The notes beneath the pieces were generated by a model. It made no database searches. It saw only the letters and a list, made by a program, of their open reading frames with translations, and was not told the DNA's origin. Below are positions 8,644-18,261 of a stretch of 64,000 bases of DNA, one piece after another; positions within the stretch are counted from its first letter, which is position 1, and every line of letters begins with the position of its first letter. The DNA comes from a bacterium (GTDB lineage: Bacteria; Patescibacteriota; Minisyncoccia; Phycocordibacterales; Phycocordibacteraceae): NCBI GenBank assembly GCA_023267755.1, contig JAHFMR010000002.1, positions 42,463-106,462 on the forward strand, in the 5' to 3' direction. The position numbers and the translations under genes were made by a program.

Positions 8644-9366
8644 GCCGTCCGTGACAAGCCGGCGGCGGACATAGAGCTCTTGCAGTGAACCGGCAAGGTT
8701 CGTGGTGATAAAGTAGAGCGCGATAGCACTCGAGGTGGTGTAGGAAATAGTTCCGATGAGGAAGGGAAATACATATTTCAGCTGCATTCCCATCACTTTC
8801 TGAAAATCGTTCTGAACTCCTTTTGTGTCCGAAGGCTTCATCGTACCTGAGAGCGAGAGGTGTGCCTGGAGGAATTGGGTGAGGCCCGCAATAACCGCAA
8901 GAATAAGGCTCTTTCCGGCGACCGAGAGAATCCCGAGGAATTCGAGCGACACGAGATGTGGAAGGGGTGTGGCTGTATAGAGCCGGGCGGTATTGATAGT
9001 CGAGAATGGCTCGTAGAGGAAGACAAAATAGAGCGCGAGGAGGACGGGGATCTGGATAAATGCCGAGAGAATACTGACAAACGGGTTCACCTGCGCTTCG
9101 CGGTAGAGATCGAGTGTCTCGAGCGCTTCTTTTTCCTTATCACCCTTATGCTTCTCTTTCAGTTCTTTTATCTTGGGCTCCAGTATCTTTATCGCTCGTT
9201 GAGTGCGTGCTGCAGAGAGTGAGAAAGGGAGCAGAATGAGCCTGATGATTATCGTGAGGATGATAACCGCGACTCCCACATCGCCCCCGGGGACGAGCGC
9301 GACGAGCGCGACGAGCGTGTTATAGATCGGGTTATAAAAAAAGGAGTTGAAGAGAGAAGAGATCAC
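8638..9366 (-). CDS. yidC: Membrane protein insertase YidC (short form)
   Basis: It has a YidC/Oxa1-like core with conserved TM helices and the LYREAQVNPF and IQIPVLLALYFVF motifs. It lies immediately downstream of rnpA in the canonical origin arrangement. Confidence 0.85.
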   Translation of the reverse strand: MISSLFNSFFYNPIYNTLVALVALVPGGDVGVAVIILTIIIRLILLPFSLSAARTQRAIKILEPKIKELKEKHKGDKEKEALETLDLYREAQVNPFVSILSAFIQIPVLLALYFVFLYEPFSTINTARLYTATPLPHLVSLEFLGILSVAGKSLILAVIAGLTQFLQAHLSLSGTMKPSDTKGVQNDFQKVMGMQLKYVFPFLIGTISYTTSSAIALYFITTNLAGSLQELYVRRRLVTDGL

Positions 9367-9383
9367 AAGGGTATTGTACGTTA

Positions 9384-9695
9384 TTAACGAATTTTAGAAA
9401 GAATATCGGCGAGTTCTGCTTGTATATCCTGATAAGACATCCGTGCAACGGTCGCGCGCGGGAAGAGGATAAGGGCGGCAGGGAGAAGTGGAGTAGCACG
9501 GAGTACTGAGAGAATCTGGCGTTTTATCCTGTGCCGTGTCACCGAAAGCCGCGCAATCTTCTTGGGCACCACTACCGCGTACCCCGTAGCTGCTGCGGGG
9601 ATGATGGCCGTAAAATTGGCTGAGGAGAGTCGCTTCCCCGCAGAGAGCGCCGCAGGGAAGGATGCTCGAGAAAATCTTCTCCGACGAGGAAACAC
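9384..9695 (-). CDS. rnpA: Ribonuclease P protein component
   Basis: It is a basic protein carrying a RnpA-type RNR-like motif (VTRHRIKRQILSVLR). It is positioned between rpmH and yidC. Confidence 0.8.
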   Translation of the reverse strand: MFPRRRRFSRASFPAALSAGKRLSSANFTAIIPAAATGYAVVVPKKIARLSVTRHRIKRQILSVLRATPLLPAALILFPRATVARMSYQDIQAELADILSKIR

Positions 9696-9701
9696 AGTAC
9701 C

Positions 9702-9845
9702 CTAGACGGACGTTGTAAGACTCTTTCGTCCGACACGCCGACGGCCCTGGACAATCTTGCGGCCAGAGGCTGTTTTGCTCCGAGTAAGGAAGCCGTGCGT
9801 CTTAGCACGCTTCCTTTTCTTCGGCTGATAGGTCATTTTCGCCAT
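9702..9845 (-). CDS. rpmH: 50S ribosomal protein L34
   Basis: Hand translation of the minus strand gives [47 protein letters not shown], the canonical L34 sequence. At 47 aa it is below the ORF-track cutoff and so not listed there. Confidence 0.9.
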   Translation of the reverse strand: MAKMTYQPKKRKRAKTHGFLTRSKTASGRKIVQGRRRVGRKSLTTSV

Positions 9846-9943
9846 ACTGAATGCAAATTAGGTTATACCCATGATACTAACAGGTTCTCCCCGAAACACC
9901 ACCCTGTCTTGTTTTAGTGTAAAAGCGTATACTCCAGAATATT

Positions 9944-11293
9944 ATGGACAAAGGGAATCCGAAGGAATTGTGGGAATACATTCTTACTCAGGTTGAACTC
10001 TCTGTTTCTCCAGCAAACTTCAATACATGGTTCCGAAACAGCTTCATCGTAAAGATTGAAGATGGAGTTATCTATGTCGGCGTGCCGAGTCAATTCTTCA
10101 AAGACTGGTACCTTAAGAAGTTCCACACACTCCTTCTAAAGATTGTCCGTGATATTTCTTATGAGTTCCGCAATATTGAGTATCTCATTGTGAAGGATGA
10201 ACGCCGTAAGGTGCAGAAGGAGGTAAAAAACACTCGTGGCGTACTCGAACTTCCGCTTGATGAGTTTTATATCAACAAAAGCGATAGTCTAAACCCACGT
10301 TACACCTTCGACACGTTCGTCATTGGTTCCTTTAATAATCTCGCTTATGCAGCAGCGCAGGCGGTGCTTACGCGTCCTGGTATCACCTATAACCCTCTCT
10401 TTATTTACGGTGACACGGGGCGCGGCAAGACCCATTTAATTCAAGCTATTGGTAATCAGTATAAGAAACAATATCCAGGGCGTAAGGCGTTTTATCTGAC
10501 TTCAGAGAAGTTTACAATCGACTACACTGACTCGGTTCAGGCCGGTACGGCAAACCGTTTTAAAGATAAATATCGTCAGTATGATCTGCTTATTATGGAT
10601 GATGTGCAGTTCCTATCGAAGAAACTAAAGACTGAGGAGGAGCTCTTCCATCTCTTTAACACACTTCACGACACTAATAAGCAGATTATTTTCTCCTCTG
10701 ATCGTGCGCCTGCGGCTATTCCTGATATAGCCGACCGCCTGAAGGGGCGCCTCGCGAGTGGTATGACCATAGATATCGGCGAACCCGATCCTGAATCCCG
10801 TATGGCGATAGTGAAGAGGAAAGCTGCTTCTCACGGGGTGATGCTCTCTGATGAAGTGGTTGAGTATGTCGCCACTACTATGAGTGGTTCTATTCGTGAA
10901 CTTGAGGGTATGGTGAATAATCTTATCTGTCACGCACAAGTAAAAGGTTTTGCGCCGGATATTCTTGAAGTTCGTCAGTCACTCCGATCATTTACCCGCC
11001 CCCAGAAGACTATTTCTGTAAAAAATGTCGTTGATAAGGTTGCTTCTTTTTATGGTATTGATGAAGAGAGTATTTATGAGAAGACTCGTAGAAGGGAGGT
11101 GGTGCGCCCGCGCCAAGTAATTATGTACATCCTTCGAGAAGATTTTAATATTTCATATCCCACTATTGGAACAAAACTTGGTGGTCGTGATCACACGACT
11201 GTTATCCACTCCTGTGAAAAAATAAAACGTGAAGTAGTTGTTGATACTGATCTCGCAAAAGAAATTCAGAATATTCGCACTCTTCTTGTATGA
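9944..11293 (+). CDS. dnaA: Chromosomal replication initiator DnaA
   Basis: The AAA+ Walker A GDTGRGKTHL and Walker B LLIMDDVQF motifs are present, together with a C-terminal DnaA-box-binding HTH domain (IGTKLGGRDHTTVIHSCEKI). Confidence 0.95.
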   Translation: MDKGNPKELWEYILTQVELSVSPANFNTWFRNSFIVKIEDGVIYVGVPSQFFKDWYLKKFHTLLLKIVRDISYEFRNIEYLIVKDERRKVQKEVKNTRGVLELPLDEFYINKSDSLNPRYTFDTFVIGSFNNLAYAAAQAVLTRPGITYNPLFIYGDTGRGKTHLIQAIGNQYKKQYPGRKAFYLTSEKFTIDYTDSVQAGTANRFKDKYRQYDLLIMDDVQFLSKKLKTEEELFHLFNTLHDTNKQIIFSSDRAPAAIPDIADRLKGRLASGMTIDIGEPDPESRMAIVKRKAASHGVMLSDEVVEYVATTMSGSIRELEGMVNNLICHAQVKGFAPDILEVRQSLRSFTRPQKTISVKNVVDKVASFYGIDEESIYEKTRRREVVRPRQVIMYILREDFNISYPTIGTKLGGRDHTTVIHSCEKIKREVVVDTDLAKEIQNIRTLLV

Positions 11294-11405
11294 CTTCTTT
11301 CAACGTATTGTACACAGGTTATCTTTTTGAAAAGAGTAAAAATAATCAATATATACAAGCATTTTTTGACCTATCCCCACTATCCACTATACTAATAAGC
11401 ATCGT
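11294..11405. promoter_or_regulatory. Candidate oriC segment (dnaA-dnaN spacer) with an AT-rich unwinding stretch and degenerate DnaA boxes
   Basis: The AT-rich run aaaagagtaaaaataatcaatatatacaag is followed by ctATCCCCActATCCACTa, two 7/9 matches to TTATCCACA. The spacer sits between dnaA and dnaN. Confidence 0.5.
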
Positions 11406-12506
11406 ATGATTATTTCTTTAGATAAAAAAATATTCTCTGAAGCAGTGCATACTGTTGCTCGTTTTGCAGAGCGGAAGAGTGGAACACTTCCTGTACTCTC
11501 ATCCATCCTTATTCTTGCTGGAGATGAAGGAATTAAATTACGTGCAACAAATCTTGAAACAGGTATTGATTTAAAACTCGAAGGAACCTGTACTACAAAA
11601 GGAGTAGTTGCTGTCCCCGCAGTAGTCTTACAACAAATTGCTGGATCACTCACAAATGAGGGGAGTATTACTCTTGAACACACTGGAGATATTCTTTCAC
11701 TCTCAAGCGGCACAGGGAAAAGTTCAATAAAAACAATTCCTTACGATGATTTCCCCTCAATTCCATTCCCAGAAAATCCAAAAAATAGAATCATCCTCCC
11801 GGGAATCATTTTAAAAAACCTCTTCACCACTATCGCCTCCTGCGCTTCCTCCTCAACTATCCGCCCAGAACTCTCAAGTATCTATCTTTCTATTGAAGGA
11901 GGAGTATTAACAGCTGTTGCAACAGACTCATTCAGGCTCGCAGAAAAGAAAGTTCCCCTCACTAATAAAGGGACACAAGGAAAATTCCTTATTCCCGCGA
12001 AGAATGCACTCGATATAGCGCAAGCACTTCCAGATGACGATATTATTATTTCATTTGATGAGCACCAATGCGCTTTTGTGAGTCAGGGTGGTATGCTCGT
12101 TTCGCGTCTTACGAACGCAACCTACCCCGACTACCGGCAAATAATTCCAAAAGAGTCTGTTGTTGAAGCGGTAATACTTAGGAAAGATTTTGAGACCGCA
12201 CTAAAACGAACAACTATCTTCTCAGATGCATTCCAGAAAATACGTATCAGCTTCGATCAGAAGAAGAATAAATTTATATTATTCGCGCGAAATACTGATA
12301 TTGGAGAATCCACCGAGACAATCTCTGCAAACATATCTGGAACTGCACTCGACCTCTCGTTTAATCACCGGTATCTCTCAGCGGTGCTCGCACTTACTAA
12401 TGCCGAGAGTCTCTCGCTTCTTGCTGCGGGTATCGGCCGCCCACTTATCATCAAGGGTGTTGGAGACACCTCACTCCTCTACCTCGTTTCACCGATGAAT
12501 CAGTAG
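11406..12506 (+). CDS. dnaN: DNA polymerase III beta sliding clamp
   Basis: It is 366 aa, has a three-domain clamp pattern and lies immediately after dnaA. Confidence 0.9.
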   Translation: MIISLDKKIFSEAVHTVARFAERKSGTLPVLSSILILAGDEGIKLRATNLETGIDLKLEGTCTTKGVVAVPAVVLQQIAGSLTNEGSITLEHTGDILSLSSGTGKSSIKTIPYDDFPSIPFPENPKNRIILPGIILKNLFTTIASCASSSTIRPELSSIYLSIEGGVLTAVATDSFRLAEKKVPLTNKGTQGKFLIPAKNALDIAQALPDDDIIISFDEHQCAFVSQGGMLVSRLTNATYPDYRQIIPKESVVEAVILRKDFETALKRTTIFSDAFQKIRISFDQKKNKFILFARNTDIGESTETISANISGTALDLSFNHRYLSAVLALTNAESLSLLAAGIGRPLIIKGVGDTSLLYLVSPMNQ

Positions 12507-12508
12507 AG

Positions 12509-14677
12509 TTACGGTGCTGTAGTTGAAACAGAAGAGAGCGGTACGGGGAGTAATGGGCCACCAATAAAGAGTTCAGGATGAGTGGTATACCAAAACTGCA
12601 CACCATATTCCCAGTACGCATACTGGGGATCTTGTGCGGGATTTGTCGGCGGGGCCCCTTGGGGGTTATTTTTATCCGTCCAGTAGAGGAGATCGTGTGG
12701 GGCGATAGTTCCTATTGCGTCTGGAATACGCCATTCACCACGAAGCATTGGGGGTACCCCAGAAGAGATAGAATCAGGCTCTCCGAAATAAGCTTCTGGA
12801 TATTTTGAAAGTGCGTAGGCCATTACCTCGTGCCACATCGGCACGGCTATGAAACCAGCAATCGTCTTCACCATTGGTGTATTGTCGTTATTACCAACCC
12901 AGACGCCTATGGCGATAGAAGGGGTATAGCCGACCGTCCAAGCATCACGAGTATCGTTGGTCGTACCCGTCTTAACCGCGACATCATAGCCAGGGAAGGA
13001 CATTGGTGAGTTGAGTGCATACTCTGGAACACGCGCAGGAGCGTCGGAGAGCATTGCTGACATATCGCGCGCAATGTTGCTTGGCAACACTTGGGAAGGA
13101 TTTGCCGCATATGACTGGAGGGTGGCACCCGCAGCACCCTTCACTTCAAGGATACCTGTCGGGGTGTTGAGAACACCGTCATTTGCGAATACTGAGTAGG
13201 CCCCTGTGAGATCAAGGAGGCGCACTTCGCCGCCGCCGAGCACGAGTGTGAGGCCATATTGGTTCGGATCGCCAAGAGTTGAAAGGCCGAACGACTTAGC
13301 AAGATTGATGGCTTGTTGGATGCCGACGAGGTAGAGCACTTTCACTGCGGGGACGTTGATTGATTGGGCGAGTGCGGTCTCAAAGGTCATTGGGCCGCGG
13401 TAGGTGTTATCAAAGTTCCCAGGAGAGTAGCAGGGCGGTGTGGTCCCCACTTTATTATTAATGTCAGAAGGTTTGCAGGCGGTCGAGAATTGCGTTGGAG
13501 TGTCAAAGACAATGGTGTCGCGTGTGTAGCCCTTCATAAGAGCGAGGGAGTAGATGAAGGGTTTCATCGTCGAGCCCGGCTGGCGAGACGCGAGAGTTGC
13601 ATTGTACTGGCCGTCAATATCTTTATCAAAGAAGTTGCGTGATCCGACCATCGCGAGAATCTGGCCAGTCGCAGGATCAAGCGCGATCAGCGAGGCGTTG
13701 GTCGCGTTGAAATTCTTCACATTCTGGAGGGCGTAGGTATTTAAGATTGATTCTGCCTTCACCTCAAGATCAGCGTCGAGTGTGGTGATTACACGAAGGC
13801 CCGACGTCAGTGCCTGGGAGCCATACGCGTTCTCAAGTTGACCAAGAATATAGAACACGAAATGTGGTGCGATGATAGAGTTCTGGCCCGCAGGAGCAAA
13901 CGAGACTTGCTCTGTCTTCGCACTCGCAAAGGCGGCGTCATCGATAAAACCGAGCTTATGCATACGCTCAATAACAAGATCCTTACGGGTGTCGAGTGCA
14001 GCACGGTTCGCGCCGTATGGGGAGTAGAAGGAGGGGGCTTGGATCATCGCGGCGAGGTAGGAAGCTTGTGCAATCGAGAGATCCTTGGCCGGTCGTCCGA
14101 AATAAGATTCAGCTGCCGCTTCAATCCCATAGAGCGTCCCACCGTAAGGGATATTGTTTAAATAAGATTCTAGAATCTGCTCCTTTGAGTACATCTGCTC
14201 GAGTTTAATCGCCAAGACCCATTCATTAATTTTACGAACGAAACTCTTCTGATTGGTGAGGAGCTCATTCTTCACCACCTGCTGGGTAATCGTCGAGCCA
14301 CCCTGCGAGAGGGAACCAGCAAGGATATTAATGAAGATAGAACGGAAGATAGAGGTAAGACGGATACCGCCGTGTTCATAAAAACTCGAATCCTCGATAG
14401 CGATAGTGGCGTTAATCGTATTTGGAGAGATGTCTGAGATAGGAACGATACTCCGCTTCGTGTCGCGATTATAGTCATAAAGCAGGACTTGCCCGGTGCG
14501 GTCGTAAATCTTGGTCGATTGATCGACCTGGCGAGCAGCAAAGGAATGAATATCTGGAACGGGGGTGAGTGCGACAGCAATAAGGAGGCTTCCCGCCGCG
14601 AGGAAACCTACTCCACACACAAGAAAAAACAGTATGAGGAGCTTATGTCTCCATAAGACCGTCTGACGAGAAGTCAT
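12509..14677 (-). CDS. mrcA: Class A penicillin-binding protein (PBP1A; transglycosylase + transpeptidase)
   Basis: It carries the GT51 motifs EDSSFYEHGG and GGSTITQQ, an N-terminal TM anchor and a C-terminal transpeptidase domain. Confidence 0.9.
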   Translation of the reverse strand: MTSRQTVLWRHKLLILFFLVCGVGFLAAGSLLIAVALTPVPDIHSFAARQVDQSTKIYDRTGQVLLYDYNRDTKRSIVPISDISPNTINATIAIEDSSFYEHGGIRLTSIFRSIFINILAGSLSQGGSTITQQVVKNELLTNQKSFVRKINEWVLAIKLEQMYSKEQILESYLNNIPYGGTLYGIEAAAESYFGRPAKDLSIAQASYLAAMIQAPSFYSPYGANRAALDTRKDLVIERMHKLGFIDDAAFASAKTEQVSFAPAGQNSIIAPHFVFYILGQLENAYGSQALTSGLRVITTLDADLEVKAESILNTYALQNVKNFNATNASLIALDPATGQILAMVGSRNFFDKDIDGQYNATLASRQPGSTMKPFIYSLALMKGYTRDTIVFDTPTQFSTACKPSDINNKVGTTPPCYSPGNFDNTYRGPMTFETALAQSINVPAVKVLYLVGIQQAINLAKSFGLSTLGDPNQYGLTLVLGGGEVRLLDLTGAYSVFANDGVLNTPTGILEVKGAAGATLQSYAANPSQVLPSNIARDMSAMLSDAPARVPEYALNSPMSFPGYDVAVKTGTTNDTRDAWTVGYTPSIAIGVWVGNNDNTPMVKTIAGFIAVPMWHEVMAYALSKYPEAYFGEPDSISSGVPPMLRGEWRIPDAIGTIAPHDLLYWTDKNNPQGAPPTNPAQDPQYAYWEYGVQFWYTTHPELFIGGPLLPVPLSSVSTTAP

Positions 14678-14694
14678 ACGGCTATGGTACCATT

Positions 14695-14832
14695 TTAATG
14701 AGTTTCTTCTTCGAAATTATCTTCAGAAAATCGATCGTGCCCATCGTTTTCACTATGAGCATCGAGGCCGTCTTCCTCGAGGAGATCGTCCTCGAGATTT
14801 TCATCAAGAATTTCATCCGGGTCATCCAACAT
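14695..14832 (-). CDS. Putative hyper-acidic micro-protein (45 aa), or non-coding
   Basis: The ORF MLDDPDEILDENLEDDLLEEDGLDAHSENDGHDRFSEDNFEEETH is about half Asp/Glu. It sits between the ruvC terminator and the PBP1A start, 17 nt upstream of mrcA. There is no homology basis. Confidence 0.2.
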   Translation of the reverse strand: MLDDPDEILDENLEDDLLEEDGLDAHSENDGHDRFSEDNFEEETH

Positions 14833-14890
14833 ATGAATATATGTACCAAAAAAAATACCGCACGCAAGGGGGCGTTTTGCGGGGTGTGGA

Positions 14891-15367
14891 TTAGTGAGCA
14901 GGAAGACCGAACGCAAGCGCTGTGATGCCCACCGCAATCGCGTCGAGTTCGTCATCAAGGCGTTTCTTCGGGGGGAGAGGTAGGAGGCGCGGAATCATCA
15001 GCGCAATAGCGGCTTTATCAGAGCCGCCGTGGCCGGTGACCGCGAGTTTTATCTGTTGTGGAGAGCACTCGATGATGGGTAGGGAAGCGAGACCAGCAGC
15101 TGCGAGGATAGCGCCGCGTGCCTCAGCGACACCGATGGCCGTCTTCTTGTTGATACTGAAGAAGAGCGTCTCGAGAGCAACAGCATCAGGGGTATACGTT
15201 GCTATCGCACCAGTGACGGCACGAGATACGTGAGCAAGGCGCACCTCACGAGCGCCTTTCTCCGGCTGGACACAATCACTCATCAGAAGTGTCGGGCGCG
15301 AGGGGTCTCCCTCGATGACTGCGATACCGAGTCTGTCGTAGCCCGGGTCAATCGCCAGTATTCTCAT
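14891..15367 (-). CDS. ruvC: Crossover junction endodeoxyribonuclease RuvC
   Basis: MRILAIDPGYDRLGIAV has the catalytic-Asp N-terminus and is RNase H-fold RuvC-like. The start is taken at an internal Met, giving a 20-nt overlap with yebC. Confidence 0.85.
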   Translation of the reverse strand: MRILAIDPGYDRLGIAVIEGDPSRPTLLMSDCVQPEKGAREVRLAHVSRAVTGAIATYTPDAVALETLFFSINKKTAIGVAEARGAILAAAGLASLPIIECSPQQIKLAVTGHGGSDKAAIALMIPRLLPLPPKKRLDDELDAIAVGITALAFGLPAH

Positions 15368-15917
15368 CGTCGGTGCTCTCATAGCCACGCGCATTGGTGA
15401 ACACCTGTTGGACGTCTTCGTGTTCGTCGAGCATCTCGAGGAGCGCGCCAAGCTTCTCCTCATCAGCACCCGAGACGTCGGTGAGCGGCTCGTTCGGGAT
15501 ATATCTCGCACCGACCTTAGTGAAGGCCCAGGTAGCAGAACCAGGAGCGGCAACCTCGAGACCTTGTTTAGCAAACAAGTGTTTAATCTCGGGAGTCGTA
15601 CGGTTCTTGTTGTCAGTCAGAGCATCGATGATAACAGCGACACCCGCGGGGCCGTAGGCTTCATAGACGATTTGCTCGAGATTACCAGAATCTTTTGACG
15701 CCCCTTTGGCGATGGCACGCTCGATGTTCTCCTTGGGCATATTAGCGGCCTTAGCACGCGCAATAGCGGCAGTAAGACCAGGGGCCGTAAGAATACCGTT
15801 TGCCTTCTTCGACTCGAGAGCGACGAGTCGCGCGAAACGTGAGAAGACACGGCTGCGTGCCGCGTCAGTGACGCCCTTCTGTCGCTTAATCTGTGACCAT
15901 TTACTGTGACCGGACAT
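15348..15917 (-). CDS. yebC: YebC/PmpR family DNA-binding transcriptional regulator
   Basis: MSGHSKWSQIKRQKG is the canonical YebC start. It lies upstream of ruvC, as in many bacteria. Confidence 0.9.
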   Translation of the reverse strand: MSGHSKWSQIKRQKGVTDAARSRVFSRFARLVALESKKANGILTAPGLTAAIARAKAANMPKENIERAIAKGASKDSGNLEQIVYEAYGPAGVAVIIDALTDNKNRTTPEIKHLFAKQGLEVAAPGSATWAFTKVGARYIPNEPLTDVSGADEEKLGALLEMLDEHEDVQQVFTNARGYESTDDENTGD

Positions 15918-15996
15918 ATGGGAACTATAGCAAAACCTGATTACAAACTGAAATAACTACTGTATCAGTAAGAGTGGGGTACAATAGAGATGCGTT

Positions 15997-16551
15997 ATGC
16001 AAAGAAACAAGCTCGTCATCGCGCTCGCCCTCACCACTGCCGTCTCAGCGTCTATTATGATGATCTCTGTCGCCTGGCGAGCTGGCTATGCTGATGGTTT
16101 CGTAAAGGGTGCTTCAGCGAAGCAACCACAAGGTCAGACACCAGCAGAAGTGAAAACTATCGTGGGGAAGATCAGTGGTATTACTGGTACGACAGTCACG
16201 ATACAAACATATATCACCGGATCAGCGAAACCTGTTACCTACCAGATTGGTACCAATTCTAGTACCACGTTTGAGCGGATGATACAAAAAGACCAGAAGA
16301 CATACCAAGCCGAACAAGTCACCTTTAGTGCGAAACTGAAAACAGCAAGGGCAAATGGTACTGTGACTCCTCTTGGTCCGATTCCTCCCGCCCCATTTAC
16401 TTTGCAAAAGAGTTCTCTAATCAATCTTCGTATAGGGGATGTTATTTTAACGATAATGCCTAGAAATACTCCAGCATCAGAGACACCTGTTGCGACAAGG
16501 ATACTTTTTGAGACTTTTCCTCAAACAGCGTCCTCATCACCACTACAATAG
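15997..16551 (+). CDS. Hypothetical membrane-anchored protein
   Basis: It has an N-terminal TM/signal segment and a Thr/Gly-rich ectodomain. A TACAAT -10 element lies 16 nt upstream. Confidence 0.5.
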   Translation: MQRNKLVIALALTTAVSASIMMISVAWRAGYADGFVKGASAKQPQGQTPAEVKTIVGKISGITGTTVTIQTYITGSAKPVTYQIGTNSSTTFERMIQKDQKTYQAEQVTFSAKLKTARANGTVTPLGPIPPAPFTLQKSSLINLRIGDVILTIMPRNTPASETPVATRILFETFPQTASSSPLQ

Positions 16552-16570
16552 ACATGCTGGAAAGCTTTGT

Positions 16571-18211
16571 ATGAAAAAGCGAAACATCCTCCTGATTTCA
16601 ATTTTCGCGGGAGTTGGGATGTTCTCTCCGATACCAGTCGATGCCCAGGCAGGGAATTGTTCTACCCTATATCTCACTCTCACTACCAATACTCAGAACT
16701 ATAGCGTCTATACTGCCGCTGTAGCGGCGGGTTGGAATTACGGCATGCAGGTCGTGCTCACAATAAACAGCGGCGTGTATGTATGGTCTGACAGTACGTA
16801 TCTCCCAGCGCTTGATACTTGGGGATTCCCAGAGAACACCGGCCTGACTATCATCAACAATGGGTACATCATTGGTAAGGGTGGAGATGGCGGGGGTTAC
16901 TTCTATATAGTCCCGCTTATTTATGGCCAGAATGGAGGGGACGCTATGTTCGTTACTATTCCAGTGACTATAGACAGTTCGCAAGGGTATATTGCAGGCG
17001 GGGGCGGTGGTGGTGGCTCTGGCGGTGGTGGTGGCGGTGGCGGCGCTGGTGGCGGTACTGGGGGTACTGCCGGGGGAGCGTATTATTTGGTTAGTGGTGG
17101 TATTGGGGGTAGTGTTGGAAATATAGGAAATGATGGAATAGGAGACAGAGAATTAATACCATCGGGTTTAGGCGGCGGTGCCGGAGGAGGAGGAGGAGCA
17201 TTTGGCGGTGGTTTTGGTAGTGCAAGTGGCGGTGGTGGCGGGAGAATACTCCCGGGAGTCGGTGGTAGCGGAGGTCGTGGTAATGCTGGCGGTTCTGGAG
17301 GTAATCCAGGTCTCCAAACTACTAGTGGTTATGGTGGTGATGGTGGTGGCGGTGGTGGCGGTTGGGGAGCTGTGGGGGGTGCAGGATACGCTAGCACAAT
17401 TGCGGGTGGGCAAGGGGGTAGGGCAATTAATACAAACGGCAATTTAATTACTTGGATCGGCGGACTCCCGGCCGGGCACGTGTTCGGTGATATCTTGCCG
17501 GCCCCAACTCAAACACAATCCGTGATCTGTTGCGCTCCAAACTCAGGCACGTTCTGCTCCGTCTCAAATGCGTGTGGTCAGGCTAATTACGGCATTACTC
17601 AATGTGACGGCTCCTGTTCCGCTTTCACTCTCCCAAATCCTTATGGGTATGGCACCTCCTGCACCTCCTCTCCCAACATCTGTGGACAGGCCAATACAGG
17701 AATCATTGATTGTGGTGGGACGTGTACCGCAACCGTGCCCGCTCTACCATCTAACTATGGCAATCTCTGCACTTCCGCTACGAATGCTTGTGGGAATAAT
17801 GTCGGAACAGTCAGTTGTGACGGAACGTGCTCGGCAACTGCACCATTCGTACCATCTAACTACAACACCCCCTGCACCCTTACTTCAGCAGCTAACGGCT
17901 GCGGTATGACCAACACGGCAACAGGCACCTACAACTGCTCTGGTGTCTGTGGTGTTGCCGCTCCCGCTACTCCCGCCAACTCCCTCTGCACCCCTCCTCC
18001 CGCTCCCACTATCTCCGGTCCTTATCAGAACGGACCATCCCTCATCAACCCCGCTTATGCCTATGATCCTCTCGGCTACCAAGTCTTCGCTCAGGCCACG
18101 AGCCCCTATGCCACTAATCCCGCAGTGGATTCGCATCTCACCTACTACTTCGAGTATTCTACCGATGGAGTGAACTGGACGAGAGGGGAGTGGGCGTCGC
18201 GAGTGAAGTAG
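16571..18211 (+). CDS. Secreted glycine-rich protein with four tandem Cys-rich repeats (putative surface/adhesin protein)
   Basis: It has a signal peptide (MKKRNILLISIFAGVGMFSPIPVDAQA), poly-Gly tracts of about 145 aa and four repeats of about 36 aa of the form C-x5-CGQAN-x-G-x3-C-x-G-x-C-x-A-x6-NYG. Confidence 0.7.
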   Translation: MKKRNILLISIFAGVGMFSPIPVDAQAGNCSTLYLTLTTNTQNYSVYTAAVAAGWNYGMQVVLTINSGVYVWSDSTYLPALDTWGFPENTGLTIINNGYIIGKGGDGGGYFYIVPLIYGQNGGDAMFVTIPVTIDSSQGYIAGGGGGGGSGGGGGGGGAGGGTGGTAGGAYYLVSGGIGGSVGNIGNDGIGDRELIPSGLGGGAGGGGGAFGGGFGSASGGGGGRILPGVGGSGGRGNAGGSGGNPGLQTTSGYGGDGGGGGGGWGAVGGAGYASTIAGGQGGRAINTNGNLITWIGGLPAGHVFGDILPAPTQTQSVICCAPNSGTFCSVSNACGQANYGITQCDGSCSAFTLPNPYGYGTSCTSSPNICGQANTGIIDCGGTCTATVPALPSNYGNLCTSATNACGNNVGTVSCDGTCSATAPFVPSNYNTPCTLTSAANGCGMTNTATGTYNCSGVCGVAAPATPANSLCTPPPAPTISGPYQNGPSLINPAYAYDPLGYQVFAQATSPYATNPAVDSHLTYYFEYSTDGVNWTRGEWASRVK

Positions 18212-18261
18212 TAGATGGCTGGCTAATGCTGCAGATACCCACGCCGTGTTAAGATTTTTCC

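Noticed and set aside
12226-12498. 90-aa plus-strand ORF inside dnaN
   Set aside because: It is an alternative frame inside dnaN and has no support.
17168-17447. ORFs antisense or out-of-frame in the Gly-rich repeat region, and possible CRISPR-like periodicity
   Set aside because: The periodicity comes from GGY codon repeats encoding poly-Gly. There are no direct repeats with unique spacers, so this is not a CRISPR array.
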